Made by a program: the position numbers and the translations under genes. The notes beneath the pieces were generated by a model. The model was not told the origin of the DNA and searched no databases. It worked only from the letters and a program-made list of their open reading frames with translations. A stretch of DNA of 64,000 nt, taken from an uncultured SAR86 cluster bacterium. Lineage in GTDB: Bacteria; Pseudomonadota; Gammaproteobacteria; Magnimaribacterales; AG-339-G14. The stretch covers positions 2,869 to 66,868 of the forward strand of contig CACBOY010000006.1 of assembly GCA_902540995.1 (NCBI GenBank), given 5' to 3'. Below are positions 58,846-64,000 of the stretch, in pieces (position 1 is the first letter of the stretch; each line of letters begins with the position of its first letter).

Positions 58846-58855
58846 AAATTGTGGT

Positions 58856-59263
58856 TTAGGCTTTTTCTGACTCTGCTGGAGTATCGACTACAATTTCGTC
58901 TTCGATAGTTCTGTCTACGAGTTCAATAAAAGCAATCGGAGCAGCATCTCCTTTTCTAAAACCGATCTTAATAATTCTGGAATAGCCTCCAGGCCTATCT
59001 TTAAACCTTGGACCTAAGTCAGAAAAAAGTTTCCCTACTGCAGACTTATTTCTTATCTTTGAAAAAGCTAGTCTTCGATTGCTGACAGAATCGTCTTTAG
59101 CAAGAGTTATTAATGGCTCAATGAATGCCCTTAATTCTTTAGCTTTAGGTAAAGTTGTTTTAATCCCTTCATGTTCTATTAAAGAAATAGCTAAAGCTTG
59201 AAACAACGCCTTTCTTCTGGAGCTATTTCTTCCAAAGGTTCTGCCTCTTTTTAAATTACTCAT
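58856..59263 (-). CDS. rplQ: 50S ribosomal protein L17
   Basis: 135 aa with [22 protein letters not shown]. Last gene of the alpha operon. Confidence 0.95.
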   Translation of the reverse strand: MSNLKRGRTFGRNSSRRKALFQALAISLIEHEGIKTTLPKAKELRAFIEPLITLAKDDSVSNRRLAFSKIRNKSAVGKLFSDLGPRFKDRPGGYSRIIKIGFRKGDAAPIAFIELVDRTIEDEIVVDTPAESEKA

Positions 59264-60255
59264 TAACTTTCTATATTTGAAGGCGGCCAGTTATCTAGTT
59301 CCAATCCCAAAGATAATCCTCTAGCTGCTAATACATCTTTAATTTCATTCAAAGACTTTCTTCCAAGGTTTGGTGTTTTTAATAAATCTGATTCTTTTCT
59401 AGTAACAAGATCACCAATGTAATAAATTTTTTCTACTTTCAAACAATTTGCCGATCTAACAGTAAGCTCTAATTCATCAACAGGGCGAAGCATAATTGGA
59501 TCAACTGGAGGAATCTCTTCTTCCTCTTCCTCTTCGGTTTCAAACCCTAGTTCAGCAAATGCAATCAGTTGTCTTTGTAAAATAGTTGCGGCTAATCTCA
59601 AAATTTCTTCTGGGTCAATTGTGCCATTAGTGTGAACATCTAAAATAAGCTTATCGAGATCTGTTCTGTTTTCAACCCTTGTGTTTTCAACTTGATAAGC
59701 AACCTTTTCTATTGGTGAATAAGATGCATCTAGTCTTAACAATCCAACTTCTTTACTTTCACCTTCCTCAGTAGCACTGATTATTACTGGATCGTAACCT
59801 CTACCTTTTTTAACTTTGATAGACATTTTTATACTGCCGTTATCAGCAAGAGTTGCAATCTGATGATCTGGGTTAATGATTTCTACACCAGCAGGAAGTT
59901 CAAAATCTCCTGCAGTTAACTTACCTGTTCCGGATTTCTCAACAGATAGTTCTGCTTCTTCAACATCCATCATTCGTACGGCTATACCCTTTAAATTTAA
60001 AAGTATGTTTATCACGTCTTCTGCAACCCCATCAATTGTTGAGAATTCATGCAAGACCCCATCAATTTTTGCTTCAGCAACACATGAGCCGGGTATAGAA
60101 GATAGAATAATTCTTCTTAAAGCATTTCCTAATGTATGGCCAAATCCTCTTTCCAAAGGCTCTAATATAATTTTTGAATGATTAGGATTAACTTCCTCAA
60201 CGATAATTTCTTTTGGAGTTAAGAAATCCTTGATAATGTCAAAATTGTCTGTCAT
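59263..60255 (-). CDS. rpoA: RNA polymerase alpha subunit
   Basis: 330 aa with [17 protein letters not shown] and a [21 protein letters not shown]. Poly-Glu linker (EEEEEEE). Confidence 0.97.
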   Translation of the reverse strand: MTDNFDIIKDFLTPKEIIVEEVNPNHSKIILEPLERGFGHTLGNALRRIILSSIPGSCVAEAKIDGVLHEFSTIDGVAEDVINILLNLKGIAVRMMDVEEAELSVEKSGTGKLTAGDFELPAGVEIINPDHQIATLADNGSIKMSIKVKKGRGYDPVIISATEEGESKEVGLLRLDASYSPIEKVAYQVENTRVENRTDLDKLILDVHTNGTIDPEEILRLAATILQRQLIAFAELGFETEEEEEEEIPPVDPIMLRPVDELELTVRSANCLKVEKIYYIGDLVTRKESDLLKTPNLGRKSLNEIKDVLAARGLSLGLELDNWPPSNIES

Positions 60256-60277
60256 ATGATCCTCAAATTTAGATTTT

Positions 60278-60898
60278 TTACCTTGAGTAAAGCTCTACTA
60301 TGTAGTTCTCGTTTATTTCACTACTTAGCAACTCTCTCGTAGGTAAATTTTTAAAAGTACCGGTAAATTTAGATTTATCTACTGATACCCATTCACATTC
60401 TTCTCTTTGTTCGCTTAAAGATATAGCCTGTGTAATTCTTTTTTGCGACTGCGATTTTTCCGCTATTGAGATCTCATCGCCTTCAGCAACCTGATAAGAC
60501 GGAATATTTACTGTTTTTCCATTCACTAAGACAGATTTATGACTGACTAGTTGTCTTGCCTCGGCTCTAGTTGATGCAAAACCAAGTCTGTAAAGAACGT
60601 TATCAAGTCTTTTCTCTAAAAAAAGCAATAAATTAGTACCGGTTTCGCCCTTCTGACGAGCTGCTCTTTTGTAATAATTTCTAAACTGTTTTTCAAGGAC
60701 GCCATACATTCTTTTAACTTTCTGCTTTTCTCTTAATTGCATACCATAATCTGAAAGCCTACCTCTTCTTAATCCATGGACACCAGGAGGATTTTCTGAC
60801 CTAGCCTTAGATTCATAAGATCTATATCCGCTTTTAAGTTGAAGATCGGTACCTTCTCTTCTAGAAAGCTTAATTTTAGGTCCTCTATATCTTGCCAT
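60278..60898 (-). CDS. rpsD: 30S ribosomal protein S4
   Basis: 206 aa starting [19 protein letters not shown], with an S4 RNA-binding domain. Confidence 0.97.
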   Translation of the reverse strand: MARYRGPKIKLSRREGTDLQLKSGYRSYESKARSENPPGVHGLRRGRLSDYGMQLREKQKVKRMYGVLEKQFRNYYKRAARQKGETGTNLLLFLEKRLDNVLYRLGFASTRAEARQLVSHKSVLVNGKTVNIPSYQVAEGDEISIAEKSQSQKRITQAISLSEQREECEWVSVDKSKFTGTFKNLPTRELLSSEINENYIVELYSR

Positions 60899-60900
60899 GA

Positions 60901-61290
60901 TTACACTCTTCTCTTTTTAGGTGGTCTACAACCATTGTGAGGAATAGGTGTAACGTCTGAAATTTTTGTAATTTTCAGACCACAACCATTTAAAGCTCTT
61001 ACCGCTGACTCTCTACCAGATCCTGGGCCTGAAACTTCCACTTCCACTTCCGACAAGCCTAAATTCATAGCTTGTTCTCCTGCTTTAGTTGCTGCAATTT
61101 GAGCAGCAAAAGGAGTACTTTTTCTTGAGCCTTTAAATCCATTTGCGCCTGAACTTGACCAGGAGATCGTATTACCTTTTTTATCTGTAATATTAATAAT
61201 CGTATTGTTAAAGGTTGCAAGAATGTGAGCTACCCCTTCGCTTGCAACTGACTTAGAATTTTTCGTTTTCTTTCCTTTCTCTTTTGCCAT
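60901..61290 (-). CDS. rpsK: 30S ribosomal protein S11
   Basis: 129 aa with [14 protein letters not shown] and a C-terminal [13 protein letters not shown]. Confidence 0.97.
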   Translation of the reverse strand: MAKEKGKKTKNSKSVASEGVAHILATFNNTIINITDKKGNTISWSSSGANGFKGSRKSTPFAAQIAATKAGEQAMNLGLSEVEVEVSGPGSGRESAVRALNGCGLKITKISDVTPIPHNGCRPPKKRRV

Positions 61291-61292
61291 AA

Positions 61293-61649
61293 TTATCTTC
61301 TAATTGGTTTTCTAGGCCCTTTTCGAGTCCTAGCATTTGTCTTTGTCCTTTGACCTCTTACAGGTAGTCTTTTTCTATGCCTGATGCCCCTTAAAGTACC
61401 CAGGTCCATTAATCTTTTGATGTTGGTGCTAACCTCTCTTCTTAGGTCTCCTTCTACGAGAAAGTTACCTACTTCTTTTCTCAACTTCTCTAATTCTTGT
61501 TCGTTTAATGCAGAAATCTTTGTATCAAACTTAATACCTGTCGTTTCACAAATTTTCAAGGCAGTGGTTCTACCTATTCCGAAAATATGTGTTAAAGATA
61601 TCCAAGCCTGCTTTTTGTCAGGTATGTTTACTCCAGCTACCCTTGCCAT
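61293..61649 (-). CDS. rpsM: 30S ribosomal protein S13
   Basis: 118 aa starting [13 protein letters not shown]. Confidence 0.97.
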   Translation of the reverse strand: MARVAGVNIPDKKQAWISLTHIFGIGRTTALKICETTGIKFDTKISALNEQELEKLRKEVGNFLVEGDLRREVSTNIKRLMDLGTLRGIRHRKRLPVRGQRTKTNARTRKGPRKPIRR

Positions 61650-61765
61650 TATCCTTGCCTCTGTTTGTGTTTTTGATCAGTTTTACAGATTACATAAACT
61701 GTGCCTCTTCTCTTAACAAGCTTGCAATCTTTGCATATTTTTTTTACTGATGCTCTTACTTTCAT
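61649..61765 (-). CDS. rpmJ: 50S ribosomal protein L36
   Basis: Below the ORF-track length cutoff. Hand translation of the minus strand gives [38 protein letters not shown]. Its TAA shares one base with the rpsM ATG. Canonical secY-rpmJ-rpsM position. Confidence 0.93.
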   Translation of the reverse strand: MKVRASVKKICKDCKLVKRRGTVYVICKTDQKHKQRQG

Positions 61766-61766
61766 T

Positions 61767-63071
61767 TTATCTTTTAAACCCTTTCAAGTTAGCTTTCTTC
61801 ATCAAAGACTGATACTGACTCGATAAAAGGTGTGATTGTACCTGAGCCATGAAGTCCATTACCACTACTACTGCAATTAAAAGTGAAGTTCCTCCCAAGT
61901 AAAAAGGAACGTTTGCAGAAACAATTAAAAATTGGGGTAATAAACAAATCATTATCATATAAATGGACCCCCAGACTGTTAGTCTAGACATAACATTATC
62001 AATGTATTCTTCCGTATGACCTCCCGGTCTAATTCCTGGAAGGAAGCCACCAGACCTTTTCAAATTATCTGAAATATCTTTTGCTGGAAACTGTATTGCA
62101 GTGTAAAAAAAGCAAAAATAAGCTATCAAAATAGAAAACACAACTACATATAAAGGTTGTCCGGGACTTAATGCCAAAGATACCTCTTGTAGCCACTCCA
62201 TCCCTTCACTTTGTCCAAACCAAGAACTAATTGACGCTGGAAAAAGGACTATACTGCTTGCAAAAATAGCGGGAATCACTCCTGACATATTAACTTTTAA
62301 TGGAACATGCGAAGCTTGTCCCATTGCCATTTGATTAGGATTTCTTCTTGCATAATTTACAGTAACTCTTCTCTGAGCTCTTTCTACCCAAACTATGAAA
62401 GAAATGGCAAGTATCGCCATAAAGGCAACTGTAAGGAGCAAGATGAGACTTATTTCTCCTTGTCTTGCCCCTTCAAAAGATTGTCCAATCGCACTTGGTA
62501 AACCAGATACAATACTTGCAAAAATAATTAGTGAAATACCATTTCCAATTCCTCTTTCATTTACTTGCTCTCCAAGCCAAACTAAAAACATTGTGCCTGT
62601 AACGAAAGAGACCACGGCAGTAAAAATGAACATGGTACCAGGGTCTATTGCCATTCCTTGAGAAGAAAGAGCAATCGCAAATCCCATAGATTGAAATATT
62701 GCTAGAAGCAAAGTTCCTAAACGCACATAATGTGTTCTTTTTCTCCTGCCTTGTTCTCCTTCTTGCCTGAACATTTTCTTTAAACTTGGAGTAGTTGCTT
62801 CTAGAAGATTCATGACAATAGCCGCAGTAATATAAGGAACGACGTTAAGAGCCATGATGCTCATTCTTTCCAAAGCACCCCCGGAAAACATATTGAACAA
62901 GCCAAGCAAAGTTCCTTGATTTTGGTCGAATAAGGAAGAAATTTTTACAGGGTCTATTCCAGGAACAGGTATGTGAGTTCCAATCCTGTAAATGATAAGT
63001 GCTAGTAAGACAAATCTCAGTCTTGACCAAAGTTCTGAAAGGCCAGATGATTTTGGATTAATAGCCGCCAT
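61767..63071 (-). CDS. secY: Preprotein translocase subunit SecY
   Basis: 434 aa with 10-TM topology and [26 protein letters not shown]. Confidence 0.97.
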   Translation of the reverse strand: MAAINPKSSGLSELWSRLRFVLLALIIYRIGTHIPVPGIDPVKISSLFDQNQGTLLGLFNMFSGGALERMSIMALNVVPYITAAIVMNLLEATTPSLKKMFRQEGEQGRRKRTHYVRLGTLLLAIFQSMGFAIALSSQGMAIDPGTMFIFTAVVSFVTGTMFLVWLGEQVNERGIGNGISLIIFASIVSGLPSAIGQSFEGARQGEISLILLLTVAFMAILAISFIVWVERAQRRVTVNYARRNPNQMAMGQASHVPLKVNMSGVIPAIFASSIVLFPASISSWFGQSEGMEWLQEVSLALSPGQPLYVVVFSILIAYFCFFYTAIQFPAKDISDNLKRSGGFLPGIRPGGHTEEYIDNVMSRLTVWGSIYMIMICLLPQFLIVSANVPFYLGGTSLLIAVVVVMDFMAQVQSHLLSSQYQSLMKKANLKGFKR

Positions 63072-63499
63072 TAACCTACCTCGCCTCCAGATTTTTTAAC
63101 TTCTTCTGAAGCAGTTTTTGAAATTTTTAGACCTTTTATTTTGATGGCTTTTTTTAACTCACCAGAATTAATTACCTTAACTTCTTTTGTAATTCTTGAA
63201 ATCAGTTTATTTGCCTTTAAAACATCTAAATCAATAATGTCTTCAGATAAATTGTTTAGATCCCCAAGCTTGATATGTGTTTTGTATTTTGATGATCTAG
63301 AAGTAAAACCAAATTTAGGTAATCTTTGTTGAATTGGCATTTGTCCGCCTTCAAATCCAGGACGAACCTTTCCACCAGATCTTGCTTTTTGACCTTTATG
63401 TCCTTTACCAGAAGTTTTGCCTAGGCCAGAACCTGCTCCTCGACCAACTCTTTTAGTGGGTTTATTTTTTAAATTAGGATTTAATTCATTAAGCTTCAT
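63071..63499 (-). CDS. rplO: 50S ribosomal protein L15
   Basis: 142 aa with KRVGRGAGSGLGKTSGKGHKGQKARSG. Confidence 0.96.
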   Translation of the reverse strand: MKLNELNPNLKNKPTKRVGRGAGSGLGKTSGKGHKGQKARSGGKVRPGFEGGQMPIQQRLPKFGFTSRSSKYKTHIKLGDLNNLSEDIIDLDVLKANKLISRITKEVKVINSGELKKAIKIKGLKISKTASEEVKKSGGEVG

Positions 63500-63687
63500 T
63501 ATTCTTCAATTACCTCTATTAAATGCCTACATTTGTTTATCATGCCAAGATTTTCTTTTGTGTTTTTTACTTGCACAACATGATTGATTTTTTTTAAGCC
63601 CAATCCCTTTAAAGAAAGTCTTTGGTTTCTTTTAGAACCAGTAACGCTTTTAATTTGTTTTACGGAAATTGTTTTTTCTTCAGCCAT
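63499..63687 (-). CDS. rpmD: 50S ribosomal protein L30
   Basis: 62 aa in the position between rpsE and rplO, with SLKGLGLKKINH. Confidence 0.9.
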   Translation of the reverse strand: MAEEKTISVKQIKSVTGSKRNQRLSLKGLGLKKINHVVQVKNTKENLGMINKCRHLIEVIEE

Positions 63688-63689
63688 AA

Positions 63690-64000
63690 TTATTTTGATC
63701 TTCTTAATGCAACTTTTTCTGGTGATTCTATTTCCGACAAGCCTTTGAATGTAGCTCTTACAACATTAATTTGATTTGTCGAGCCATATGATTTTGCTAA
63801 TACGTCTTTTACGCCAGCAAGCTCTAAGACTGCTCGCATTGCTCCTCCAGCGATAATTCCTGTACCGGGTGAAGCAGGCTGCATGTAAACAGTTGCCGAT
63901 CCATGTTTAGCTTTTACTGCGTAATGAATAGTTGATCCATTAAGGTCGACATTAACCATATTTCTTCTAGCACTTTCTAATGCTTTTTGAATTGCTATAG
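63690..64000 (-). CDS. rpsE: 30S ribosomal protein S5 (partial; N-terminus beyond the right window edge)
   Basis: C-terminal part [39 protein letters not shown]. The reading frame stays open to position 64000 (…[16 protein letters not shown]), so the track's Met at 63959 is internal. Confidence 0.93.
   Translation of the reverse strand, partial: IAIQKALESARRNMVNVDLNGSTIHYAVKAKHGSATVYMQPASPGTGIIAGGAMRAVLELAGVKDVLAKSYGSTNQINVVRATFKGLSEIESPEKVALRRSK

Noticed and set aside
58835-58850. A 16-nt perfect palindrome AATTTTTATAAAAATT spanning the uvrA stop codon, considered as a bidirectional terminator for the convergent uvrA/rplQ pair.
   Set aside because: It is composed only of A:T pairs and would be very unstable as an RNA hairpin. 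Such palindromes are expected by chance in DNA this AT-rich.
59515-59540. A GAA/GAG run encoding EEEEEEE in the rpoA interdomain linker, considered as a tandem repeat or contingency locus.
   Set aside because: It is short, in frame and located in the naturally variable, flexible NTD-CTD linker. No evidence of repeat-number instability can be drawn from a single sequence.
1-64000. CRISPR arrays, IS elements or transposases, prophage genes, toxin-antitoxin pairs, restriction-modification or other defence modules, and tRNA or rRNA genes.
   Set aside because: Reading the intergenic gaps and all track ORFs, I found no spaced direct repeats, no transposase, integrase or recombinase-like translations, no small adjacent TA-like gene pairs and no cloverleaf-like sequences. 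The only structured RNA gene supported is tmRNA. A repeat-finder and tRNAscan run would be needed for formal exclusion.

Overview
This is a very gene-dense (about 70 genes), almost entirely housekeeping stretch of a low-GC, streamlined gammaproteobacterial chromosome. The taxon call is an inference from gene content and order; no search was run. Product calls rest on motifs I recognise in the supplied translations plus conserved gammaproteobacterial synteny.

Gene order:
- greA-carB-carA (minus)
- map-dapC-dapD
- a CPBP protease, a small orphan, a POT peptide transporter and an RDD protein
- lptG-lptF / pepA-holC-valS
- a membrane-anchored cold-shock-domain protein
- a putative AKR / GNAT / PpiC-like / HupE-UreJ-like operon
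- gpx, rimI-holD, leuA
- the long conserved block tilS-accA-dnaE-rnhB-lpxB-lpxA-fabZ-lpxD-skp-bamA-rseP-dxr-cdsA-uppS-frr-tsf-rpsB
- dapB-dnaJ-dnaK-grpE-fur / bamE
- an NSS transporter, smpB-ssrA (tmRNA), a GT25 glycosyltransferase, rpsT
- proB-obg-rpmA-rplU, fabA-fabB, ssb / uvrA
- the distal spc/alpha ribosomal operons: rpsE-rpmD-rplO-secY-rpmJ-rpsM-rpsK-rpsD-rpoA-rplQ

Only two non-coding gaps exceed 100 nt. Many genes overlap by 1-50 nt, and several proteins look domain-trimmed from my memory of E. coli lengths (TilS, Obg, ProB without PUA, HolD, CdsA).

I see no CRISPR array, transposase, integrase, phage gene, toxin-antitoxin pair or defence-type gene, so I cannot support a novel multi-gene system in this window.

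Items worth a second look, all small-scale:
- a terminator-like hairpin plus U9 crossed by a 31-codon ORF just upstream of carA (candidate attenuator), with an adjacent perfect palindrome
- an N-terminally membrane-anchored cold-shock-domain protein
- DnaJ missing the first of its four CxxCxGxG zinc motifs
- a broken map|rpsB and carA|dapB synteny that looks like a 38-kb block placed between carA and dapB
- pyrH absent from the tsf-frr junction
- a lone GT25 gene 10 nt after ssrA
- a GC-richer first ~10 kb
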